Origin: Aliivibrio fischeri ES114
GTDB lineage: Bacteria > Pseudomonadota > Gammaproteobacteria > Enterobacterales > Vibrionaceae
Direction: 5' to 3' (one strand)
Assembly: GCF_000011805.1 (NCBI RefSeq)
Contig: NC_006841.2
DNA: 32,000 bases
Numbering within the stretch: position 1 is the first letter of the stretch; the number at the start of each line of letters is the position of its first letter. The notes under the pieces are model-generated. The model saw only the letters and a list, made by a program, of their open reading frames with translations. It searched no databases and was not told the DNA's origin. Below are positions 18,350-26,937 of this stretch, in pieces. Both the position numbers and the translations under genes were made by a program.

Positions 18350-18540
18350 TTGTCCTCCTTAAGTATTGGTTATAAAAATGCTTAAGGAATATGAGCTAAC
18401 CCGTCTTGCTTAAGCCCAGTTAGATTATGAGCAAAAGTGCTTGGGGTAAAATTGATTGTTTTTAGGTTCTATATCAGTTTTCCTTATGAAACTAAAATGG
18501 TATGATTTACACAAAATAAGTTCTTATAAAAGAGATGGTT

Positions 18541-19446
18541 ATGCGTTATTCATTAAAACAGTTGGCAGTTTTTGATGCAGTAGCGACAACAGGAAGCGTC
18601 AGTCAAGCGGCTGAATTATTGTCTTTGACTCAATCAGCTACCAGTATGTCGTTGTCGCAATTAGAAAAAATGTTGGGGCGTTCATTATTTGAACGTCACG
18701 GAAAACGAATGGCGCTCACTCATTGGGGTGTATGGCTTCGTCCTAAAGCTAAAAAGCTGATTCATGATGCACAACAGATTGAATTAGGCTTTTATGATCA
18801 GCATTTGATCAGTGGTGAAATCTCATTAGGTGCGAGCCAAACCGCAGCTGAACACTTAGTTCCAAACCTTATCAGTAATATTGATAATGATTTCCCAGAA
18901 ATTCGAATCTCTTTAGGTGTAAAAAACACCTCTGGTATTATTGAAGGGGTATTAGATTACAAATATGAACTTGGAATTATCGAAGGGCGCTGTGATGATA
19001 GTCGAATTCATCAAGAAGTCTTTTGTACAGACCATTTGATCATTGTTGCTGCAGCTCATCATCCTTTTGCTAAGCATGAAAAAGTCAGTTTAGCCCAATT
19101 AGAGCAAGCAAAATGGGTATTGCGTGAGCATGGTGCAGGAACACGAACTATTTTTGATAGTGCTATTCATGGCAAAATTCCTGATTTAGACGTATGGCGT
19201 GAGTACGAATATGTACCAGTATTACGAACATTAGTAGCAAATGGACAATATTTAAGCTGTTTACCTTATTTAGATGTAGTGAAATACATTGAACGTGGTG
19301 AATTAGTCGCATTAAACGTACCTGAACTGAATATGGAAAGAACACTCTCATTTATCTGGCGATCATCAATGGATCAAAACCCGATCAGCGATTGCATAAG
19401 AAGAGAGGGTATAAGAATGATTAAGAATCATAACGTTATACGATAA
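18541..19446 (+). CDS. LysR-family transcriptional regulator (YeiE-like)
   Basis: The N-terminal wHTH LKQLAVFDAVATTGSVSQAAELLSLTQSATSMSLSQLEKMLG and the WVLREHGAGTR effector-domain motif resemble YeiE. An alternative start exists 6 nt upstream (18535). Confidence 0.88.
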   Translation: MRYSLKQLAVFDAVATTGSVSQAAELLSLTQSATSMSLSQLEKMLGRSLFERHGKRMALTHWGVWLRPKAKKLIHDAQQIELGFYDQHLISGEISLGASQTAAEHLVPNLISNIDNDFPEIRISLGVKNTSGIIEGVLDYKYELGIIEGRCDDSRIHQEVFCTDHLIIVAAAHHPFAKHEKVSLAQLEQAKWVLREHGAGTRTIFDSAIHGKIPDLDVWREYEYVPVLRTLVANGQYLSCLPYLDVVKYIERGELVALNVPELNMERTLSFIWRSSMDQNPISDCIRREGIRMIKNHNVIR

Positions 19447-19541
19447 GTGATAAGAAAAATTAACTTCTTAGTTTGTTTGATATTTGTTATTCTCATTAAA
19501 TAACCGTTATTTATTATACTTATTCTTAGGGATAGAAAAAT

Positions 19542-20222
19542 ATGCCAGCCTTATCAGTTTTATTGATGGATAGTTTCAACTACTTCAAAAAGCATTTTAT
19601 TGCCTTTTGTATGCTTGTTCTTCCATTTGCGCTTATCACTAATGGGATAGCGTTAAGCTTTAATGAGAACGATGGTCCAGGTAAGTTTTTAGTATATATG
19701 CTATTTATTTTGACTATCTATCCTTTTTATAAAGGAGCTATTCTCTATTACATCGCTTATTCATTTGATGGAAGAAGAGTTCCATTTAGTCAGTTATATC
19801 AAATACCGGCCAAAACATGGTTTTCGTTTGTATTGATGAACATGATTTTGGGATTAGCGATTTTAATGGGGTTCATGGCGCTTATTCTACCAGGTTTGTA
19901 TTTGATGGCTCGTTTCTCATTTACAGAGATCTATTGTGTTCTCTATAAAGAAAAAACAAATTATGCGATTAAATTGGGTTGGCATGATACAAAAAACAAT
20001 TACTGGGTGTTATTTAAAGGTTTAGTTATTATTTTTGGTTTTACTACTGGTTTGATGTGGGCACTAGAATATGGACTTGGTTTAATTGGCTTGCAATCGC
20101 CAGTATTGTCTTTCATTTTTTCTATTTCTGAAGTGGTTTTATCAATGATGAACACGATTTTTATCTTTAGAGTGTTTACAGTAAATACGACTAAACTAGA
20201 AGAAATCCAAGCTATTGAATAA
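19542..20222 (+). CDS. Hypothetical polytopic inner-membrane protein (YciC/UPF0259-like architecture, uncertain)
   Basis: 226-aa ORF with about 5-6 hydrophobic helices. Own terminator downstream. Family assignment is weak. Confidence 0.6.
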   Translation: MPALSVLLMDSFNYFKKHFIAFCMLVLPFALITNGIALSFNENDGPGKFLVYMLFILTIYPFYKGAILYYIAYSFDGRRVPFSQLYQIPAKTWFSFVLMNMILGLAILMGFMALILPGLYLMARFSFTEIYCVLYKEKTNYAIKLGWHDTKNNYWVLFKGLVIIFGFTTGLMWALEYGLGLIGLQSPVLSFIFSISEVVLSMMNTIFIFRVFTVNTTKLEEIQAIE

Positions 20223-20248
20223 TTAATAGTTTTATCATTATTTATTAT

Positions 20249-20286
20249 AAAAACGGTCAACTTTATAAGGTTGACCGTTTTTTTAT
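20249..20286 (+). terminator. Rho-independent terminator
   Basis: aaaaacggtcaac ... gttgaccgttttttt. Confidence 0.8.
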
Positions 20287-20367
20287 GTAAAATTATTAAT
20301 GAGACAGCTGTTGCAAAAATGTTGCATTCTGTTGGTCTGTGCAAATTTTAGATGACATGATGTTTCG

Positions 20368-20395
20368 AAATGTAAATGTAAATGTAAATGTAAAT
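20368..20395. repeat. Hexanucleotide tandem repeat (AAATGT) x 4 plus a partial fifth unit
   Basis: Direct reading: aaatgt aaatgt aaatgt aaatgt aaat, ending 20 nt upstream of the MCP start codon. Confidence 0.9.
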
Positions 20396-20415
20396 ATCGG
20401 ATTTAGGATGTTTCT

Positions 20416-22281
20416 ATGAAGTTTCGACACAAAATTATTTTAGCTTTTTCAATTACTATGACAGTGACTTTGGCTCTATTAAGTACTGTTCAATACCTCA
20501 ATATGAAAAAAGAAGTAGAGCATGAAGTTCAATCAAGTATTCATGAGATTGTTGATGGTGTACGCACAACGGTGAATTCAGAACTAGCGGGAAAAACGTT
20601 ATTAGCCGAATACGTAACAGAAATTGCTGAAAGAGATTTGAACTCAAAAACGCTTGAGACAATCTTAAGCCAACCTCAAGTAAAAAAAGCATTTGTACTC
20701 GCGGGTATCGGTTTTGAAGATGGGCATGATTTTGTTAGTAATGATCCAACGTGGGATCCACAAGGGTATGATGCAAGGACCCGTGGTTGGTATAAATCCG
20801 CAAAGCAAGAAAATGGCACAATAATCACAGAGCCTTACGAGGATGCGCTTACTGGAGAAATTCTGATTTCAATTGCAACGGCAGTAAAATCAGATAATCA
20901 GTTTATTGGGTCTGTTTTTTTCGATTTGAGCTTAGGAAGTTTGGCTGAGTTAGTGAATCAAGTTGAACTATTTGATGCTGGATACTTATTTATTGTGGAT
21001 AAAGCAGGAACCGTTATCGCCCATCCTGATAGTCAATATAATGGTCAATCTATGGCGTCATTCTTACCAAATATTCAATTAAGCTCAAATTTACAAACAA
21101 TAGAGGTGAATGGAGCGACACATGATGTCTCATTTACCTCTATTGATGGGTACCCTTGGTCGATTGGTGTTGTTCTGGATGAAGGCAAAGTTTTTAAACA
21201 AATTAATGAATTAAAAAATGATTCATTAATATATTCAGTTATTGCGGTTATTGTTTCAATTATTTTGATGCTGATGTTTATTACTCATCTTATTCGTCCT
21301 GTTCAAACATTAAATTCTGCAATTCAGAACGTAGCATCAGGAGAAGCGGATTTAACGCAGCGACTTGATACCAAAATTGATCCTGAATTTGCGCCTCTAG
21401 CGGAAGGCTTTAATCAGTTTATTATTAATCTTCAAACTCAAGTAACAGAAACCAAAGCGTTAAGTCACCAATTAAATCAAGGGGCTCAGAAGATCTTAGT
21501 AGGCGCAAATGACTCAGAAACCGCAATGAATACGCAAATGATGGAGTTAGAGCAACTGGCAACGGCCATGAATGAGATGGCTGCTACATCGGTTGATGTG
21601 GCTGGAAACGTACAAAGTGCCGCTGAATATGCCAAAAAAGCGGACAGTGCAACCGAGCATGGTATGACGGTTGTAAATCAAACATCAGAAGAAATTACTG
21701 ATCTATCAACGAACATTAATCAAGCTGTAGAAGAAGTTGGAAAACTAGAAAAAGCGACGGACAGCATTGGTACAATTTTGCGTGTTATCAATGATATTGC
21801 AGAGCAAACCAATTTGCTGGCTCTGAATGCGGCAATAGAATCGGCAAGAGCAGGAGAGGCCGGCCGCGGGTTTGCAGTTGTTGCTGATGAAGTCAGAACC
21901 CTTGCTAAGCGTACGCAAGAATCGACAACAGAAATAGCGACAATGATTGAACAATTACAATCAGGTGCAGCAAGTGTTTCTTCTTCAATGCTAAGTAGCC
22001 AACAAAGGGCGGATTCTACCGTTGATAAAGCAAAGCAAACCGCTGAAGCATTAACTCAGATAAGAGAAACAATTCAACAAATTAATGATATGAATATTCA
22101 TATAGCTTCTGCAGCGGAAGAGCAAAGTCATGTTGCTGAAGAAATAAATGGAAAGACCGTGAATATTAAAGATTTGTCAGTATTGGTTCATGAAGCGGCA
22201 CAAGGTGCTGCGGTTGCCATTAACGAACAGGTGAGTGTGGTTGAAAACCAAGAAAAGATAATGAATAAGTTTACAGTGTAA
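20416..22281 (+). CDS. Methyl-accepting chemotaxis protein with a dCache_1-type periplasmic sensor, HAMP and MA signalling domain
   Basis: TM1, then a 250-aa periplasmic region with YDARTRGWY...EPYED...FFDLSL, TM2, HAMP. Conserved hairpin tip [35 protein letters not shown]. Confidence 0.92.
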   Translation: MKFRHKIILAFSITMTVTLALLSTVQYLNMKKEVEHEVQSSIHEIVDGVRTTVNSELAGKTLLAEYVTEIAERDLNSKTLETILSQPQVKKAFVLAGIGFEDGHDFVSNDPTWDPQGYDARTRGWYKSAKQENGTIITEPYEDALTGEILISIATAVKSDNQFIGSVFFDLSLGSLAELVNQVELFDAGYLFIVDKAGTVIAHPDSQYNGQSMASFLPNIQLSSNLQTIEVNGATHDVSFTSIDGYPWSIGVVLDEGKVFKQINELKNDSLIYSVIAVIVSIILMLMFITHLIRPVQTLNSAIQNVASGEADLTQRLDTKIDPEFAPLAEGFNQFIINLQTQVTETKALSHQLNQGAQKILVGANDSETAMNTQMMELEQLATAMNEMAATSVDVAGNVQSAAEYAKKADSATEHGMTVVNQTSEEITDLSTNINQAVEEVGKLEKATDSIGTILRVINDIAEQTNLLALNAAIESARAGEAGRGFAVVADEVRTLAKRTQESTTEIATMIEQLQSGAASVSSSMLSSQQRADSTVDKAKQTAEALTQIRETIQQINDMNIHIASAAEEQSHVAEEINGKTVNIKDLSVLVHEAAQGAAVAINEQVSVVENQEKIMNKFTV

Positions 22282-22311
22282 CTGACGTATAACTATCAAT
22301 TAAATTGATAT

Positions 22312-22341
22312 AAAAGCTCAAGAGTATTCTTGAGCTTTTTT
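22312..22341. terminator. Bidirectional rho-independent terminator
   Basis: aaaagctcaaga-gtat-tcttgagctttttt. Confidence 0.8.
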
Positions 22342-22352
22342 AGTTATGCTAG

Positions 22353-23213
22353 CTATTGGCGTTCCCAGTAATTAAATAGTTGAGAGAGAATAAAACAGAG
22401 AACGAAATAGCTAAGTGCTACAAAAATCCAAATTTCAAAAATCATACCGCTTGAGTTCGCGATTTCAGTACCTACAAAAGTTAACTCTTGTATTGAAATT
22501 AAAGAGATAATAGAAGAATCTTTAACTAAAGAGATACATTGTCCAGCTAGAGGTGGAATGATCACTTTAAATACTTGCGGGGCAATAATGTATCGATATC
22601 GATGCCAAGTTGATAACCCCAGTGTTTTTGCTGCTTCATGTTGACCTTTAGGTATTGCATCCAAGCCTGAGCGTACGACTTCACCAATATAAGCGGCAGA
22701 GATCATACCAATACACAATACTCCCGCCGTTAAGTTCTCCCACAGATTAGCTGAGCCAAAAAGAAATTGTTGCAGTAAGTTAATATCACCAGAGTGTTCG
22801 CGTAATAAGTTTTCAAGACCTAATAAAGGAACCAGTTGGTTGGCAATAAAAAAGTAAAATATGAAAATAAAGACCAAAGGTGGAATGTTTCTGATCAGTT
22901 GGATATAGCTATTTGATAACGCTCTAATCACAGTAAAATTTGAACGGCGTCCTAAGCCTAATAAGACACCGAAACAAATGGCAAAGAGCATCCCCCAAAA
23001 CGTTAAACGTAATGTTGAAAACAAACCATCAAAAAAGTAAGGGAGAGAACCATCCGCTTTTGGAGTAAATAAAAGCTGAATGGCTTTAGACCACTGCCAA
23101 TGATAAGCCAAGGTACCACTATCTTTGGTCAATAACCAAGTGACAAACCCTATGATAATGATCAGTAATCCCCAATCTAATCGATTGAGCCTAAAGGATG
23201 CTCTTTGATACAT
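22353..23213 (-). CDS. Polar amino-acid ABC transporter permease
   Basis: His/Glu/Gln/Arg/opine-family permease features, including the EAA-loop-like region EAAKTLGLSTWHRYRYIIAPQ. Confidence 0.88.
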   Translation of the reverse strand: MYQRASFRLNRLDWGLLIIIIGFVTWLLTKDSGTLAYHWQWSKAIQLLFTPKADGSLPYFFDGLFSTLRLTFWGMLFAICFGVLLGLGRRSNFTVIRALSNSYIQLIRNIPPLVFIFIFYFFIANQLVPLLGLENLLREHSGDINLLQQFLFGSANLWENLTAGVLCIGMISAAYIGEVVRSGLDAIPKGQHEAAKTLGLSTWHRYRYIIAPQVFKVIIPPLAGQCISLVKDSSIISLISIQELTFVGTEIANSSGMIFEIWIFVALSYFVLCFILSQLFNYWERQ

Positions 23214-23216
23214 TTT

Positions 23217-24026
23217 TTATTTCGCTGTTTGTGATTGCCAATCTAGGCTTGTAAACCAATAGTCGTAACGCTCTTTTAACCAACCGTCATCGGTACGAGC
23301 TTTGATCCACTCATCAAAATACGCTTTTTTATCTTCTTCACCTAAACGAACAGCAAAGGCTTCATTGCCTTGTGATAAACGCTCTTTAAATGGTAAGTAA
23401 AGAATATCAGCGTGTTTAAGCGTATCAAACTCTGGTTTAGGTGTTGATGCTGCTACGGCGTGAGCATTACCATTTAATACTTCTTGGAAGGCTTGTGCTT
23501 CATCATCAAATTGTAGAACTTTTGCTTTTGGAAAGTGTTCTTTGATAGCTGCAACGGTAATTGAACCACGGCGTGCTGCAAATTTTACGCGTCTTGAATT
23601 GAAGTCTTCACGAGTAAAGCCGTCCGTTAACTCTTTATTAGCAGCAACCTGTACACCTGAGTGTGAATATGGAACAGTAAACAGAACACTTTTTGAACGT
23701 TCATCAGTAATTGTTAATCCACCGATAATGACGTCAAATTTACCAGAAATAAGAGAGGGAATAATGCCATCCCAAGCTGTAGGTATAAACTCAACTTTTA
23801 AACCAGAGTCTGCAGCAAGACGCTTTGCCACATCGACTTCAAAACCAATTAACTCACCTTGTTGATTTCTCATCGCCCATGGAACAAAAGTACTTAAGCC
23901 TACTTTTAATGTACCACGCTCTTGAATTTTGTCTAAATTGGGTGTGCTGTCGATTGTCGTTGCGGAAAATGCTGAACTACTAAATAGTAAACTTAATCCA
24001 AAAAACGAAAGTAATAGGTGCTTCAT
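23217..24026 (-). CDS. Polar amino-acid ABC transporter periplasmic substrate-binding protein
   Basis: Signal peptide MKHLLLSFFGLSLLFSSSAFS. SBP_bac_3-like GFEVDVAKRLA, FDVIIGGLTIT. The ATG at 24026 has a GGAGAA Shine-Dalgarno; the track extension to 24134 overlaps the upstream permease and is rejected. Confidence 0.88.
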   Translation of the reverse strand: MKHLLLSFFGLSLLFSSSAFSATTIDSTPNLDKIQERGTLKVGLSTFVPWAMRNQQGELIGFEVDVAKRLAADSGLKVEFIPTAWDGIIPSLISGKFDVIIGGLTITDERSKSVLFTVPYSHSGVQVAANKELTDGFTREDFNSRRVKFAARRGSITVAAIKEHFPKAKVLQFDDEAQAFQEVLNGNAHAVAASTPKPEFDTLKHADILYLPFKERLSQGNEAFAVRLGEEDKKAYFDEWIKARTDDGWLKERYDYWFTSLDWQSQTAK

Positions 24027-24040
24027 GCGAGTTGTTCTCC

Positions 24041-24835
24041 TTAGTGTGCGTTGTGCATTCTGTATTCTAGCCATGCTGATAAAGCAGAAAGGCTTAATGT
24101 AATCATTAAATAGATGGCGGCCACTGTAAACCAAATTTCAAATGGCATGGCTGTATCCGATACAATATTTCTTCCCTCAGTAGTAAGGTCAAAAATAGCC
24201 ATTACACTGACTATAGAAGAGTTTTTAACTAAGGAAACTAATTCGTTGGTTAGTGAGGGTAAGGTTTTTCTAATTACTTGAGGTAAAACAACATATCGAT
24301 AGCTATTGAATTGAGAAAGTCCTAATGTCTTACACGCCTCAAATTGCCCTTTAGGTAGATTGATTAAACCTGAACGTAAGATTTCGGCTGTATATGCTCC
24401 TTGAAACAAAGCTAAAGCTAAGACGGCAGTAGTGAAACGCTCTAAGCCTAAAAAAGGACCAAAAACGAAATACAATAAATAGATTTGAACCAATAATGGG
24501 GTATTACGGATCAACTCAATGTATAGCGTTGATATTGTTTTACCTACAATAGAGTTTGATAGGCGCAATAATGCAGTTACCAGAGCAATAGCAAGTGTTG
24601 CAATCGCACTGATGGCGGATATTTGTAAAGTAACCAACAAACCTTCAATTAGTTCTGCAGGAAACCATTCCCCATCTTCATAAAAGAAAATGAAGTCAGG
24701 AACTCGATCCCATTGCCATTGATAGTTCATGGCTTGAGCACCACTGTCCAAAACCCAAAAAAGACCTAAACTAAGTAATACGATCTGAAGAGTTGCAGAG
24801 AGAACTGGTGCAAAAATACGAGTAAAGTAATTCAT
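24041..24835 (-). CDS. Polar amino-acid ABC transporter permease
   Basis: Second permease paralog; EACKTLGLSQFNSYRYVVLPQ EAA loop. Confidence 0.88.
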   Translation of the reverse strand: MNYFTRIFAPVLSATLQIVLLSLGLFWVLDSGAQAMNYQWQWDRVPDFIFFYEDGEWFPAELIEGLLVTLQISAISAIATLAIALVTALLRLSNSIVGKTISTLYIELIRNTPLLVQIYLLYFVFGPFLGLERFTTAVLALALFQGAYTAEILRSGLINLPKGQFEACKTLGLSQFNSYRYVVLPQVIRKTLPSLTNELVSLVKNSSIVSVMAIFDLTTEGRNIVSDTAMPFEIWFTVAAIYLMITLSLSALSAWLEYRMHNAH

Positions 24836-24836
24836 C

Positions 24837-25583
24837 TTAATAGCTTAATATTTGGTTTAAAAAGCGTTGAGTTCGAGTGTGTTGTGGGGATTCAAAAAAC
24901 TGGAGAGGCTCTGCAATCTCAACAATTTCACCTTCATCCATAAAAACGACTCTATCTGCTACCTTTTTGGCAAATCCCATTTCATGGGTAACACAAACCA
25001 TTGTGATGCCTTCTTTAGCTAAATCCGACATTACATCAAGCACCTCACTGATCATTTCAGGATCAAGAGCAGAAGTTGGTTCATCAAATAAGAGAATTTT
25101 AGGTTCCATACACAATGAACGAGCAATAGCGACGCGTTGTTGTTGACCGCCAGAAAGCTGTGATGGGTACTTATCAGCTTGTTCAGCGATATTGACGCGT
25201 TTTAAATACGTTAATGCACGCTCTTTTGCTTGAGCCTTAGAAAGTTTTAACGTTTTGATTGGAGATAGGGTTAGGTTTTCTAACACGGTTAAATGTGGGA
25301 AAAGATTAAAGTGTTGAAATACCATGCCAATTTTCCCTTTATCAAGGTGCTTTGGTGATAACACCTCACCAAAAAGTGAAAGCTGACCATTCTGGATGGA
25401 CTCTAATGCATTAATGCAGCGAATAAGCGTAGATTTTCCTGATCCAGAAGGACCACAAATAACGACTTTTTCACCTTCTTGAATGGCTAAGTTGATATTT
25501 TTTAGCGCATGAAATTGGTCGTAAAATTTATCAACAGCTTCAAAAGTAATGACATTTGTTCTCTTTGTATTTTTTATCGTCAC
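24837..25583 (-). CDS. Polar amino-acid ABC transporter ATP-binding protein (GlnQ/HisP-like)
   Basis: Walker [11 protein letters not shown]-loop, signature [13 protein letters not shown], Walker [13 protein letters not shown]-loop. GTG start with an AAAGGA Shine-Dalgarno. Confidence 0.93.
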   Translation of the reverse strand: MTIKNTKRTNVITFEAVDKFYDQFHALKNINLAIQEGEKVVICGPSGSGKSTLIRCINALESIQNGQLSLFGEVLSPKHLDKGKIGMVFQHFNLFPHLTVLENLTLSPIKTLKLSKAQAKERALTYLKRVNIAEQADKYPSQLSGGQQQRVAIARSLCMEPKILLFDEPTSALDPEMISEVLDVMSDLAKEGITMVCVTHEMGFAKKVADRVVFMDEGEIVEIAEPLQFFESPQHTRTQRFLNQILSY

Positions 25584-25831
25584 AATTAGTCCTTTCAGTT
25601 ACTAGCCAAAGTTACTGTAACATATTCATTAAACTAAAGAAGTGATTCTTGTTTCTTTGATTGTTTATTGCGCAAAAAATGAGGTTATGTGTGGTTCATG
25701 TCAAAAGAGGTATGAGTAGTAAGTTATATTAAATTAACCATTGCACAACAGAACAAGACACGTTACGTTAACAGAATGGAGAATAAAGATGCAGGAAGAT
25801 AACCTGTATAACAGAGATGGAAGAATAAGCA

Positions 25832-26884
25832 ATGTATCAAACTGATGATGTACGAATTAAACAAGTAAAAGAACTTTTACCGCCTGTTGCTGTACTAGAA
25901 AAATTTCCGACAACTGAAACTGCTGCTAAAACGGTGTTTCAGTCTCGTCAAGCTATTCATAATATTCTTCAAGGTGAGGATGACCGTCTTTTAGTAATTA
26001 TAGGACCATGTTCTATTCATGATCCAAAAGCGGCACTAGAGTATGGTGAAAAGCTAAAAGTATTGCGTGATGAGTTGGGTGATCGTTTAGAAGTAGTGAT
26101 GCGTGTTTATTTTGAAAAACCGCGTACCACAGTTGGATGGAAAGGGTTAATCAATGACCCTTATATGGATGATTCATTTAAATTGAATGATGGTCTACGC
26201 ATTGGTCGTAAATTGTTGCTTGATCTAACGGATATGGGATTGCCAACAGCTGGTGAATTTTTAGATATGATCACTCCTCAATACATGGGTGACCTAATCA
26301 GTTGGGGAGCAATTGGCGCTCGTACAACCGAATCTCAAGTTCACCGTGAGCTGTCTTCTGGTCTTTCATGCCCGGTAGGATTTAAAAACGGAACGGATGG
26401 TAATATCAAGATTGCAACGGATGCGATTCGTTCAGCAGGTTCATCACACCACTTTTTATCAGTAACGAAATATGGCCATTCTGCAATTGTAGAAACAGCA
26501 GGTAACCCTGATTGTCATATCATTCTTCGCGGTGGTAAAGAGCCGAACTACAGCGCAGAGCACGTTAAACCAGTTAAAGAGCAACTTGCTGCTTCTGGTT
26601 TACCGCAAAAAGTGATGATTGATTTCAGCCATGCAAACAGTTCAAAAGACTTTAAACGTCAAATGGTTGTTGCAGATGATGTTTGTGGCCAAATCTCAGG
26701 TGGTGAAGATGCTGTTTTCGGTGTCATGATTGAAAGCCATTTAGTAGAAGGTCGCCAAGATTTAGTTAACGGCAAAGTAGAAACTTATGGTCAATCGATT
26801 ACAGATGCTTGTATTGGTTGGGATGATACTGAAAAAGTACTTCGTCAATTAGCTGATTCAGTAACGGCACGACGTAATAAATAA
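25832..26884 (+). CDS. aroG: 3-deoxy-7-phosphoheptulonate (DAHP) synthase, class I alpha, most similar to the Phe-sensitive isozyme
   Basis: Nearly colinear with E. coli AroG (DDVRIKQVKELLPPVAVLEKFP, LLVIIGPCSIHDP, MRVYFEKPRTTVGWKGLINDP, GARTTESQVHRELSSGLSCPVGFKNGTDG, IDFSHANS). The isozyme call is less certain than the family call. Confidence 0.9.
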   Translation: MYQTDDVRIKQVKELLPPVAVLEKFPTTETAAKTVFQSRQAIHNILQGEDDRLLVIIGPCSIHDPKAALEYGEKLKVLRDELGDRLEVVMRVYFEKPRTTVGWKGLINDPYMDDSFKLNDGLRIGRKLLLDLTDMGLPTAGEFLDMITPQYMGDLISWGAIGARTTESQVHRELSSGLSCPVGFKNGTDGNIKIATDAIRSAGSSHHFLSVTKYGHSAIVETAGNPDCHIILRGGKEPNYSAEHVKPVKEQLAASGLPQKVMIDFSHANSSKDFKRQMVVADDVCGQISGGEDAVFGVMIESHLVEGRQDLVNGKVETYGQSITDACIGWDDTEKVLRQLADSVTARRNK

Positions 26885-26902
26885 GAGTTCTTTATAAAAC
26901 AT

Positions 26903-26937
26903 AAACGCCAACAGTGTATGCTGTTGGCGTTTTTTTA
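26903..26937. terminator. Bidirectional rho-independent terminator
   Basis: aaacgccaacag-tgtatg-ctgttggcgttttttt. The T-run overlaps the stop codon of the convergent OLD-family gene. Confidence 0.8.

Noticed and set aside
20000-20344. A 114-aa minus-strand ORF spanning the 3' end of the membrane-protein gene and the intergenic region.
   Set aside because: It runs antisense through the terminator hairpin at 20249-20286 and through the plus-strand gene. The peptide is low-complexity and Ile/Lys/Asn-rich, as expected for AT-rich non-coding translation.
25613-25630. A TyrR-box-like sequence, tgtaacatattcattaaa, between the ABC operon and aroG.
   Set aside because: It matches the TGTAAA-N6-TTTACA consensus at only about 9 of 12 positions. 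It lies about 200 bp from the aroG start, next to the ABC operon start instead. That is too weak to call without a position-weight-matrix scan and orthologous comparison.
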